This document shows, piece by piece, positions 23,476-31,581 of a stretch of 32,000 nt of DNA; within the stretch, counting starts at the first letter, position 1; every line of letters starts with the position of its first letter. Below the pieces are notes generated by a model that ran no database searches, was not told where the DNA came from, and saw only the letters and a program-made list of their open reading frames with translations. Location of the stretch: positions 360,001 through 392,000 of the forward strand of contig OY970071.1 of NCBI GenBank assembly GCA_963705375.1, in the 5' to 3' direction. The position numbers were made by a program, and so were the translations under genes. The stretch comes from Candidatus Saccharimonadota bacterium. GTDB taxonomy: Archaea; Micrarchaeota; Micrarchaeia; Micrarchaeales; Micrarchaeaceae.

Positions 23476-24303
23476 TCAGGCGCTTTCAGCGCTTGAACCG
23501 GCAGAGGACGCGCCAGAAACGGCCGCACCTGAACCGACGGAGAACGTGCCTGCCGGCAACCGCACCATTACCGCGTCGATGTTTTCGTAGCCCAGAAGGC
23601 GCGCTATCCTTTTGGCAGCATCGGACTTTATGGAGTCACCAGGAGTCAATCGCACGCACTTCTTGTTCTCATGGCCAGGTTTCTCGAATGCTTTTGAAGG
23701 CAGAGTCACAAGTTTGCCGTTTTCAACGAGCAGCACGAGTTCCAGCCTCATGCTCCGGTACCATTCCCTTTCGCCTTTGAGAAGGAAGCTTCCTTTGCCG
23801 AGGTAGCCTTCTTGCGTAGATTTGCTGACCTGATTCCTGCGCATCGCATACACATCGACAGCACCTAGCATCTGCTTCCATGCGCTTGAATAGCATGCGG
23901 CAAACTGCGCCACCTCTTCTCGTGCAGCATTGTCCGAATTCACCCCGTCCTTAAGGACGACAACAGGTGCGCCAAATATGTCCGCATGAAAGAAGAGGTC
24001 ATTCTCATAGAAGTGTTTGGAGTTTATCATTTCATTCTGCTGCGCGTCCCTTCCACCTATCGCAAGCATGCCGCCGCTCGTGAAGAACCAATGGAACTTC
24101 TCGTACCACTCCGGCTTTGCCACCTTGACGATTTTATGAACCTGCAGCTCGCCTTTTTTGTTCTTTGCGGACTCGAGCTTCTTCTGCAGGTCCTTGATCG
24201 CTTCCTCGGCACCGGCTTTCTTTGCGAGAAGTCTTTTTGCCTTCTTGAAGAGCTCATCCGCATTGTCCTGCGCAGACTTGGTGAAGTCTATCCTTACTTC
24301 CAT
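23476..24303 (-). CDS. NFACT-R (DUF814) domain protein, a short Rqc2/FbpA-family homologue lacking NFACT-N
   Basis: A coiled-coil N-terminus is followed by WYEKFHWFFTSGGMLAIGGRDAQQNEMI...FFHADIFGAPVVVLK, the hallmark NFACT-R block. It is only 275 aa. Confidence 0.7.
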   Translation of the reverse strand: MEVRIDFTKSAQDNADELFKKAKRLLAKKAGAEEAIKDLQKKLESAKNKKGELQVHKIVKVAKPEWYEKFHWFFTSGGMLAIGGRDAQQNEMINSKHFYENDLFFHADIFGAPVVVLKDGVNSDNAAREEVAQFAACYSSAWKQMLGAVDVYAMRRNQVSKSTQEGYLGKGSFLLKGEREWYRSMRLELVLLVENGKLVTLPSKAFEKPGHENKKCVRLTPGDSIKSDAAKRIARLLGYENIDAVMVRLPAGTFSVGSGAAVSGASSAGSSAESA

Positions 24304-24309
24304 AAAATC

Positions 24310-24504
24310 TCAGATGGGCAAAGTACCGGATATGATCAGCGACACTATCACTGATATGATAAAGCCCAAGAAGCCTACGATCAAGATGCCCAGTATTATG
24401 ACCTTAGCGCTCTTGTTGAACTCGTCAGGGCTGGGCCTGTAGCTCATGCTCATGACATGCTTGGCATCCGAAATAAAGCGTTTTAGCTTGTCAATTGCTC
24501 CCAT
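24310..24504 (-). CDS. secE: protein translocase subunit SecE / Sec61-gamma
   Basis: 64 aa: an amphipathic N-terminus (KLKRFISDAKHVM), then RPSPDEF, then a single C-terminal TM segment (AKVIILGILIVGFLGFIISVIV). This is the typical archaeal SecE layout. Confidence 0.75.
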   Translation of the reverse strand: MGAIDKLKRFISDAKHVMSMSYRPSPDEFNKSAKVIILGILIVGFLGFIISVIVSLIISGTLPI

Positions 24505-24582
24505 AAAAATTCACTAGAATATGGACCTGACAGGTTTTATACCTTCCGAATTTGCGTGGCGCAGGACGCGCCCTGTGCCTGT

Positions 24583-25095
24583 TTAGTCAGCAGCATTGTC
24601 GTTAACAAGCCCTGTTGCGCGCATGTGCTGTCCGAGCAGCGAGCAGGTCATGTCGTCCAATGCACGCCTAACATTCTTGGCCATAGACAGTATGTAATCG
24701 CCGGAGTTATGCTTGCGCAGGAAGGCGATTAGCTGATCAATGCCCAATGACTCGTCAACGCAGGACATGATCGATTCTACAAACACGGGGCCGGCATCGG
24801 GCCTGCCACCCTGTTTGCAACCCTTGATAGCCTCTTGTAATTTGGCCGTAGACGAATCTGCGCCTGTTTCGTCTCCAGCCAATCTGTACAGCACGGCAGA
24901 GACTGCAAATAAACCTTTATCATCCATATACTCTGACTTCGCAGCTCTCTTGAATTCGTCCGAGTATGCCCCCGCTCCGCCCGCAGTGGCACGCAGCAAT
25001 GCCGCAGCAGCCTTTTGACCGTGATTTTCAAACGCCTCAGCCTGGCGCAGCATCGATTTGTTTACGTTCGCTGAGACGTCTTTCTTGTTTTCCAT
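24583..25095 (-). CDS. hypothetical protein
   Basis: I moved the start to the ATG at 25095 (MENKKD...). The track's longer version (to 25209) would run into the IS inverted repeat and the transposase 3' end. Confidence 0.5.
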   Translation of the reverse strand: MENKKDVSANVNKSMLRQAEAFENHGQKAAAALLRATAGGAGAYSDEFKRAAKSEYMDDKGLFAVSAVLYRLAGDETGADSSTAKLQEAIKGCKQGGRPDAGPVFVESIMSCVDESLGIDQLIAFLRKHNSGDYILSMAKNVRRALDDMTCSLLGQHMRATGLVNDNAAD

Positions 25096-25163
25096 AAAGG
25101 TACGGATTGACTCACTTTTAGGAGATATATATGCTTTTTGAGCGTGCGGCTTTGGGACAAAAG

Positions 25164-26159
25164 TCAACCACAACCCATTCTGAAAAGGTTGTGTAATAAC
25201 GCAATGCAACTTATCGCGGTGTCAACCCTCTCGTCCAGTTTCTGCCATATTTTCCAACCCACCATTCTTTTGTCTGTGGAGAAACCGCTTTCTGATTTCT
25301 CCCTTCTATAGTATTCAATCAGATGATGGATGGGATCGTTCATCAATCCTCGAAATATGTTTCTCCATCTCGAAGTGCCGTTTATTCGTGTGTTGCTCTT
25401 TGGAAGTATATATAAGATTGTTTTGTCGTCGAAATACTTCAAAGTGGATTGATAACTGTAATACCGGTCTAATCTTGTGCTATTAACCATTATCCCTGTG
25501 GTCTTCTCTACTTTCCGTAACATCTTGATTGCATTCTCGAACGCTTCTTTTTCAGACCGCACGCCTGAACCGTAACAGACGTATAATCCCGTCTTAAGAT
25601 CCATGAGATCAAATGAATACACAAATTTCCTGTATCCTTCTTTATCGACTTCAGTTCGGTAGTGTTTCGTCACCGTGAGCGTGTAGCCTGTAGCGTCACC
25701 TGTCGTGTCAACTCTCTTGTCGCATTTTCGTTTTACGGTCAGAATAAACATGTTGTGAAGAGTCATCCGTACAAGTTCATCCGAATACAATCTTTCAATC
25801 GTCTTGTAACTGATGTCAATACCACAAAACGCTCCGAAAAGTGACATCAGTCCGGCCATAGGTCGGTTGTTCTTCGAAAATATGGACTTGAGAAGCAGGG
25901 CAACGACCTTCTGTTGTAGAGACATCTTCACAGGCCTTCCAAAATTTGAGGTTTTGATATCGATAAGGTCCGTCGCGGATTTTGCAAGACTACGCAACTC
26001 TCTTGCGACATATCTTATTCTGCCGGCATATTCTCTTTCGTATTCTTTCCAATCAACAGATGTTTTTGTCGATAGTTCACCATAGATTTCTGTCAGCGTC
26101 CTGAACTCTTTGAAAAACCTTCTGAACTGTCTGTTCGTTAGTCTTTTGTTCCTTTCCAT
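25164..26159 (-). CDS. DDE transposase with Y(2)R(3)E(6)K signature
   Basis: 331 aa. YYRREKSESGFSTDKR fits the YREK signature of the IS4/IS5/ISH3-type families. Candidate acidic residues lie in VDTTGDATG and STRLDRYYS. Confidence 0.8.
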   Translation of the reverse strand: MERNKRLTNRQFRRFFKEFRTLTEIYGELSTKTSVDWKEYEREYAGRIRYVARELRSLAKSATDLIDIKTSNFGRPVKMSLQQKVVALLLKSIFSKNNRPMAGLMSLFGAFCGIDISYKTIERLYSDELVRMTLHNMFILTVKRKCDKRVDTTGDATGYTLTVTKHYRTEVDKEGYRKFVYSFDLMDLKTGLYVCYGSGVRSEKEAFENAIKMLRKVEKTTGIMVNSTRLDRYYSYQSTLKYFDDKTILYILPKSNTRINGTSRWRNIFRGLMNDPIHHLIEYYRREKSESGFSTDKRMVGWKIWQKLDERVDTAISCIALLHNLFRMGCG

Positions 26160-26187
26160 CGTATTACTATTTAACAGGAATATATTT

Positions 26188-26209
26188 ATAGTTATCTATA
26201 GATAACTAT
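26188..26209. promoter_or_regulatory. 22-bp perfect palindrome between the divergent IS genes
   Basis: atagttatcta|tagataactat lies in the 64-bp spacer between the transposase ATG (26159) and the small-ORF ATG (26224). Confidence 0.5.
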
Positions 26210-26223
26210 TATAGAGTGAATAA

Positions 26224-26409
26224 ATGCCTAGAAAAATAGAACTTAAAAAAGGAAACCTTACACTTACAGAAAAGAAAATAGAGGGTTTCTTAGAACGTGT
26301 GGTGACTCCGATAGGCACATCGGCTAAGGCAGACGTACCTAGAAGATACATTGGAAGACGGGTTTATGTTGTAATAACTAAGAACAAAAGGACTTCCGTG
26401 AAAGATTAA
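26224..26409 (+). CDS. small IS-borne protein, AbrB/SpoVT-like (resembles the 'putative transposon-encoded protein' DUF2080 family)
   Basis: 61 aa. ERVVTPIGTSAKADVPRRYIGRRVYVVI matches the V-x-P-x-G-x-S-x-x-V-x-V-P-x-x-W-x-G-K-x-V pattern I remember for that family. It lies inside the IS boundaries. Confidence 0.45.
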   Translation: MPRKIELKKGNLTLTEKKIEGFLERVVTPIGTSAKADVPRRYIGRRVYVVITKNKRTSVKD

Positions 26410-26612
26410 GATTGCTGACTTTTGTCCCAGAGTCGAGCGTGCGGTCGCGCACGCATTGCATTCTGTTTCGAAAGTAGGGAAGACGCGCCAAACGAACGCA
26501 GCGTAGGCACGATAATCTGCGGTTCGCCCACAACCGCATTTTGCCAGCCAGTAATACCATTATATGCGTTCCGTGAGAAATGCTTTCATAAACAGATGAG
26601 TGGAAGCACAGG

Positions 26613-27770
26613 ATGATTTGCGTGTTCAAATACAATGACATTGTAATACACTTTGGCGAAATCTGGCTGAAGGGGGAGAACCGGCGGTTCTTTGTGGACA
26701 CACTCCACAGGAACATGTGCGACGCACTCTCCAGCGAGAGCTACAGCTCGCTCGAGAACATGCGCGACAGATTTTTGCTGCACATGAACGGGCAATCAGA
26801 CATGCGATCCATACTTGACAAACTAGGTTATGTGTTTGGAATAAGCTGGTTCGCGCCGGTCGCAGTTACAAAGAACAGCATACCGGACATCATAGAATGC
26901 GCAAGCAAGATCGTCGACAAGGGATCGATGGTGAGGATCGTAGCGCACAGGAGCATCAAGAGCGTCAGCTTCTCGTCCAAGGACATAGTCGATTCGCTAC
27001 TGGCCAAATCGAAGAGGTTTGGGTTCGAGCTCGACAAGAAGGCGAGAAAGAAGCTCTATGTGAATGTGACAAGCAATGGATCGTTCGTTTACGTCAGGAA
27101 GATCACAGGACTTGGAGGGCTGCCTGTCGGCACCTCTGGCAAGGCAGTGATACTGCTTTCTGGCGGCATAGACTCTCCAGTCGCTTCGTTCTACGCGATG
27201 AAGCGCGGACTGGCGCCGATATACCTTCACGTGCATGCATTCCAGAGCAACGAAGATGAGCGCCTATCGAAGATAGGAGAGCTGACAAAGGTGCTATCGA
27301 GATATTACAGAAAGCAGGAGACATACCTAGTTCCAGGATACATGTTCCAGTCCTGCGCTATGAAGGAGAAGATAAAGTACAGCAATCTGCTGTTCAAGCG
27401 CTTCATATACAAACTGGCGGAGAGCATCGCCAAGAAAGAAAAGGCGTCGTGCATTGTGACCGGAGAAAGCCTGGGCCAGGTCGCGTCTCAGACTGCGGCC
27501 AACCTCAGCGCGACCACGCACAACATAGGACCGTTCATCATGAGACCACTCATAGGCCTCGACAAGCAGGAGATAGTGAACATCGCAAAGAAGCTCGGCA
27601 CATTCGATATCTCAATCAAGGAGTACAAAGACATATGCCAGACAAACTCAAGGAAAGCGGTGCTGATGGGTGATGCAAAAAAGTTGCAGGCACTCTATAG
27701 TGCTGCGAAGCTTAGCACTGCGATGCGCATGACAATGAAGAGAGCCAGCAAGTTCACTCCTTACGAGTGA
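26613..27770 (+). CDS. thiI: tRNA 4-thiouridine synthase / tRNA sulfurtransferase ThiI
   Basis: 385 aa. N-terminal ferredoxin-like/THUMP region (HFGEIWLKGENRRFF), then PP-loop VILLSGGIDSPVA and GESLGQVASQT. Confidence 0.85.
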   Translation: MICVFKYNDIVIHFGEIWLKGENRRFFVDTLHRNMCDALSSESYSSLENMRDRFLLHMNGQSDMRSILDKLGYVFGISWFAPVAVTKNSIPDIIECASKIVDKGSMVRIVAHRSIKSVSFSSKDIVDSLLAKSKRFGFELDKKARKKLYVNVTSNGSFVYVRKITGLGGLPVGTSGKAVILLSGGIDSPVASFYAMKRGLAPIYLHVHAFQSNEDERLSKIGELTKVLSRYYRKQETYLVPGYMFQSCAMKEKIKYSNLLFKRFIYKLAESIAKKEKASCIVTGESLGQVASQTAANLSATTHNIGPFIMRPLIGLDKQEIVNIAKKLGTFDISIKEYKDICQTNSRKAVLMGDAKKLQALYSAAKLSTAMRMTMKRASKFTPYE

Positions 27771-28530
27771 CGAAGTCCATGACGTCCTCGATGTTCCTCA
27801 CAATGCCGTAGTGTTTTAAGAAATAATGAAGTACGTTCTCAACATCGCGGCGGAGGAAGCGCATCGCGTTCGGATGCCGCAGCACAACAGCCTGTCCGAA
27901 GTCTATAAAGTACGGTTCGTTGCCTTTAATGAGCACATTGTACTCGCTGAGATCCGCGTGCACAAGTTCGTGAAGGTACAGGCGGTGCACATTCTGCACT
28001 ATCGCGTCCAGGACATGCTCAGGCTTGTCAAGCATGACGTCTTTAAGCTGCGGGGAAGGCACGCCCTCGTCGCTGCCTATGAATTCCATCGCAAGTATGT
28101 TGCCGTTGAACATGTACGGTGTCGGGGCATTTACGCCAGCGATGTGCGCGATCTGGAGATTGCCGTATTCCTTCTTGCACCACACATCGATCACGGCGTG
28201 CTTGTTACGGCTGACTTTCGTGAACCTAGGATCTCCGAATATGTAATCAGTCATGTTCAGGAAAGACGAGGTCTCGACCCTGAAGAACTTGATTACGAGG
28301 TACTTGGCACCCTTTATGACTTCTGCATCGCCCGGCTCTGCCACGTAGACCTCCGCTTCCTTTCCACGCGCGATTATGAAGCGCAGCCTCCCGATGACGC
28401 CCTTGTTGTAGAACTTGCTGAGGTACATCATCGTCTGGTCGTCGAATATGCCGGAGTCTATCTTCAGCTGCTCCTTCAGCATGTGCTTCTCGCGGAGCGG
28501 TCGCTTCTTCCTTCCCAGACGTCTTGCCAT
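27754..28530 (-). CDS. rio1: RIO-type serine/threonine protein kinase (Rio1-like)
   Basis: ARGKEAEVYVA (a variant of STGKEANVY), LVHADLSEYNVL (catalytic loop) and DFGQAV (metal-binding loop). Its 3' end overlaps the thiI 3' end by 17 nt. Confidence 0.85.
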   Translation of the reverse strand: MARRLGRKKRPLREKHMLKEQLKIDSGIFDDQTMMYLSKFYNKGVIGRLRFIIARGKEAEVYVAEPGDAEVIKGAKYLVIKFFRVETSSFLNMTDYIFGDPRFTKVSRNKHAVIDVWCKKEYGNLQIAHIAGVNAPTPYMFNGNILAMEFIGSDEGVPSPQLKDVMLDKPEHVLDAIVQNVHRLYLHELVHADLSEYNVLIKGNEPYFIDFGQAVVLRHPNAMRFLRRDVENVLHYFLKHYGIVRNIEDVMDFVTRKE

Positions 28531-28705
28531 GCGGTCACCAATGATTAACAGAATTCAGCGTTTCAATGCTTCAGATGCCCAGACAGCAGGGACTTTGACA
28601 CCTGCGCCCCGACAGGGATCCGCATCAAAACGCGTACAAGCAATGCTCATTGCACTCTGTGACATACTCCCACCCCTGAAGGGTGTGGGCTTCTTGGTTC
28701 CTTGA

Positions 28706-29809
28706 CTACCCATTGGTATCTCCCCAAGCGTGACTTCCCGTCTGCCCGACGGTAGTTGCTTTGTGCAATATATTCACTGCTGCGTTTATGTCCCTGTCCG
28801 TGACTGAACCGCAGTTATCACAGACGTATGTTCTTTCATACAGGGGCATGTCCTTCTTGTTTCCGCAGACATGGCATGTCTTTGTTGTATCTTTTGCGTC
28901 CACGAACACCACTTGACAACCAGCGTTTTCAGCTTTGTATGTCAGCATGTTCGCAAACCTGTTCCAACCAGCATCATTTATCTGTTTTCCGTATGCCTGT
29001 TCAGCCATTTCCTGTGATTGAAGTCTCTCTATTCCTATCAGAGAATAGGAATTTACCAACTGTATTGATGTCTTATGAAGGAAGTCATCCCTTGAGTTCT
29101 GGATTTTCTCATATACTTTTGAAACCTTCCTCTTTGCCAAGAACCTGCTTCTGCTCCCTTTCTTCTTCCTTGATATGTTCCTTTGGCGTTTCGCAAGCAT
29201 CTTCTCCCACTTCGCAAGATGGCGAGGATTGTCTATCTTCGTTCCATTAGACAATGTTGCAAAGGTCTTCAGCCCCAAGTCTATCCCTATCTGTGCTTTG
29301 TTGTTTGATACAAAGGGTTTGGCTTCCTGTTCTACTGTGAAGACCGCGAACCATTTCCCTGAAGATTCCCTTTTCAGAGATAGAGTCTTTATCGTGCCTT
29401 CGATTGGTCTGTGCGGCTTTATGTTGATTTCTCCGAATGGTGTAACCTTGAGTTTCTTCCCGATGATGGAGAACCCGCTTTGTGGATAATAGATTGACTT
29501 TGCCCTGTCTATGTTCTTGAAGCGTGGGAATCCTGCCTTCTTTCCACGTTTCCGCATTATGAAGCATCGGAGAAGAGCCTTGTGCAGCCTATGGGAGACT
29601 TCCTGCGCAGATTGGGAATACATACCCGTCTTCTTCGTCTCGGATTGAAGTTGGGATTTCGTGGAAAACTTTCCTGTTTCATCATATCTTTTTATGGCAA
29701 ATTCGAGGAGTTGGTTCCATAGATTTTTGGAGAGGTATCTGTGTGTGTCGAGAGCCTTCTCCTGCGCCTTTGTCGGATACAGCCTGAATTTGTATGCCTT
29801 GTCCATCAC
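28706..29809 (-). CDS. tnpB: TnpB (IS605 OrfB-type RuvC-like, RNA-guided-nuclease family)
   Basis: 367 aa. RuvC-I IGIDLGLK, RuvC-II LIGIERLQ, zinc ribbon CHVCGNK...CDNCGS, RuvC-III DRDINAAVNI. All are intact. Confidence 0.9.
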   Translation of the reverse strand: MMDKAYKFRLYPTKAQEKALDTHRYLSKNLWNQLLEFAIKRYDETGKFSTKSQLQSETKKTGMYSQSAQEVSHRLHKALLRCFIMRKRGKKAGFPRFKNIDRAKSIYYPQSGFSIIGKKLKVTPFGEINIKPHRPIEGTIKTLSLKRESSGKWFAVFTVEQEAKPFVSNNKAQIGIDLGLKTFATLSNGTKIDNPRHLAKWEKMLAKRQRNISRKKKGSRSRFLAKRKVSKVYEKIQNSRDDFLHKTSIQLVNSYSLIGIERLQSQEMAEQAYGKQINDAGWNRFANMLTYKAENAGCQVVFVDAKDTTKTCHVCGNKKDMPLYERTYVCDNCGSVTDRDINAAVNILHKATTVGQTGSHAWGDTNG

Positions 29810-30205
29810 ATCCCTTTTTGTTCATCTATGTATCTCTTTATGAGCGCATCGGAGATATGTCCATGCGTTGAAACGAAATAACTCCTTGTCCATAAGGTAG
29901 GAAGGCTGAGGCGTAGGATCTGGAAACTCTTCCCGAAGCTGATGTGAAGTGAATCCTTTTATCTGACCTATGATATAGTTCGGAGTCATTATAGGACTTC
30001 CTACTATGAAGAGATGAACATAGTCTGGCATGATTTCGAGTGCGAGGACTTCGCACTCCATAGTCTTCGCCTTCTCCTTTATCAGTTCCTTTAGTCTTTT
30101 TTCCACGTTCCCGACCAATACCTTTCTCCGATACTTCGGACACCAGACGAAATGATACCCATGAAATGAACACTTGTTTCTAGAAGCGTTATATCCTTTT
30201 GGCAT
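29806..30205 (-). pseudogene. tnpA: IS200-type Y1 (HUH) transposase TnpA, frameshifted before the catalytic tyrosine
   Basis: The first frame is MPKGYNASRNKCSFHGYHFVWCPKYRRKVL...DYVHLFI (HUH)...HQLREEFP, after which it diverges. The canonical tail QILRLSLPTLWTRSYFVSTHGHISDALIKRYIDEQKGM* is in another frame (shift near 29918-29926) and ends at a TGA overlapping the tnpB start. Confidence 0.8.
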
Positions 30206-30433
30206 GATAATATATGGGCATACTGCATATATATACTTATCGGCACTATACATCAGTTCGCTTTCATCCCACCGCTAAAGCATGTGGGATTTCCCGCTCA
30301 CATTGTTAAAGCCTTTTGAGTGTGACGATAGATTTACACAGAAAGGCAGGCGAATGTTGCAAACACTATCCTTTTGGAAGGATTACCTGTACCAGATACA
30401 TAGGTTACAATATCACAAAAGGCAGCAAACAAA

Positions 30434-31099
30434 ATGACACAAAACCGAACGTATAAGTATTTGGAACAAGGAACAGGAACTATAGAAACATATATCGTGG
30501 GAAAGATGACCGAGAGCCGCCAAAACAAGAACGTGCCAAAAGAGATAGAGCGCACAGAGATTCTGCGTACCGAGCCCATGCAAAGCCCCCCGGACTTGGA
30601 GAAACTTTGTGATTTAGAAGACGGCACAACATTATGCAGGGAACCATCAGAGAAACTATCCGAATTAGATCAATTTAAAGAAGCAGTAAAAATATCATTA
30701 AAAGAGAAACAATTAGAAAAAGAGCTGCATCTGAAATCGCAGAGGAACACAGACATCACAATCGAATACGTATGCGGCGGGATATTGTGTACTGCGAATG
30801 GGATGTATGATCGCATAGATGATACTTTTGTTGTTATTTGTAAGGATGGCACCAAGTACATATATCCCATAGGTCGAGATCCTTTCCGGGAAGACTTGGT
30901 GGAAGGAGACGGCATTAGAGCGATCAGCCTTACCTCAAACCCAGAGGTCCTCTTATATTTCAACCCCAAGATAATGCCCAAACCTCCTGAAACACGGAAA
31001 GCGTATTATATTCCTGATCCCGAAGATAAGGATGCAGTTGAGCGAGTTAAGCAAATCGAAAAGCAAAGATGGGACGAGTTAAGACGCATACTTGAATAG
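30434..31099 (+). CDS. hypothetical protein
   Basis: 221-aa ORF, charged and AT-rich. No motif recognised. Confidence 0.45.
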   Translation: MTQNRTYKYLEQGTGTIETYIVGKMTESRQNKNVPKEIERTEILRTEPMQSPPDLEKLCDLEDGTTLCREPSEKLSELDQFKEAVKISLKEKQLEKELHLKSQRNTDITIEYVCGGILCTANGMYDRIDDTFVVICKDGTKYIYPIGRDPFREDLVEGDGIRAISLTSNPEVLLYFNPKIMPKPPETRKAYYIPDPEDKDAVERVKQIEKQRWDELRRILE

Positions 31100-31235
31100 C
31101 AGTTGAAGCTGGAAAGGCAGGTAGGTTGTCGGACAGAAAGATCTCGGAGAAGATGCGTGCCCGAAATATATTTTACACTTGAACGGGGAGATATACCTTT
31201 TTATGCTTTTGCTTTTTATATACGCACGTGATTAA

Positions 31236-31514
31236 ATGCCTAAAAGAAATATGGAAGGCTATCCGATAAACCCTACTCTCGAATACGAGCGTATGTTGAG
31301 CTACAAGGAGAAGCACAGCATGTGGTATCTCTTTGAGACACTGTACTGGGGCATATTCCTGCTTTCAGAAGGAATACTACTAGTAAAATACGTCACCGCG
31401 GGCATGACCCTTGCGACGTTCTTCGGGTGGTCGTTCATCCTTGCGTCTATATTCGTAATAATATACGGCATAAGCATGACGCTGCACCTAAAGCTGATGA
31501 AAAGATATGCCTGA
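31236..31514 (+). CDS. small membrane protein (2 TM segments), unknown function
   Basis: 92 aa. Hydrophobic stretches: WYLFETLYWGIFLLSEGILLV and LATFFGWSFILASIFVIIYGI. Confidence 0.5.
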   Translation: MPKRNMEGYPINPTLEYERMLSYKEKHSMWYLFETLYWGIFLLSEGILLVKYVTAGMTLATFFGWSFILASIFVIIYGISMTLHLKLMKRYA

Positions 31515-31525
31515 TTGATTGAATT

Positions 31526-31556
31526 GGGCCCTACGGGCCCATCCTATTCCTTTTTT
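31526..31556 (+). terminator. GC hairpin followed by a T-run downstream of 31236..31514
   Basis: gggccc-tac-gggccc (31526-31540), then atcctattccTTTTTT (T6 at 31551-31556). Oligo-T is the archaeal termination signal. Confidence 0.5.
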
Positions 31557-31581
31557 ATATTCTTTCTGCACAATTGGTTTG

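Larger units (their letters stand above)
25150..26434. mobile_element. insertion sequence (IS4/IS5-superfamily DDE transposase) with 17-bp terminal inverted repeats and a 10-bp target duplication
   Basis: IRL is ctttgggacaaaagtca (25150-25166). IRR is tgacttttgtcccagag (26416-26432), matching at 16/17. Direct repeats gagcgtgcgg lie at 25140-25149 and 26435-26444. The interior is AT-rich. Confidence 0.85.
28650..30300 (-). mobile_element. IS200/IS605-family element (tnpA-tnpB); boundaries approximate
   Basis: tnpA and tnpB are overlapping genes. Subterminal hairpins share a cccac/gtggg core: 28669-28689 (CCCACCCC-TGAA-GGGTGTGGG) below tnpB and 30266-30290 (ATCCCAC-11 nt-GTGGGAT) above tnpA. 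Confidence 0.75.

Noticed and set aside
25096-25209. N-terminal extension of the 24583 gene (MHCVITQPF...)
   Set aside because: The extension is encoded by IS terminal sequence and the transposase 3' end. The ATG at 25095 lies just outside the IS.
27826-28548. 240-aa plus-strand ORF inside the RIO kinase gene
   Set aside because: It is an antisense shadow ORF. The RIO motifs on the minus strand explain the open frame.
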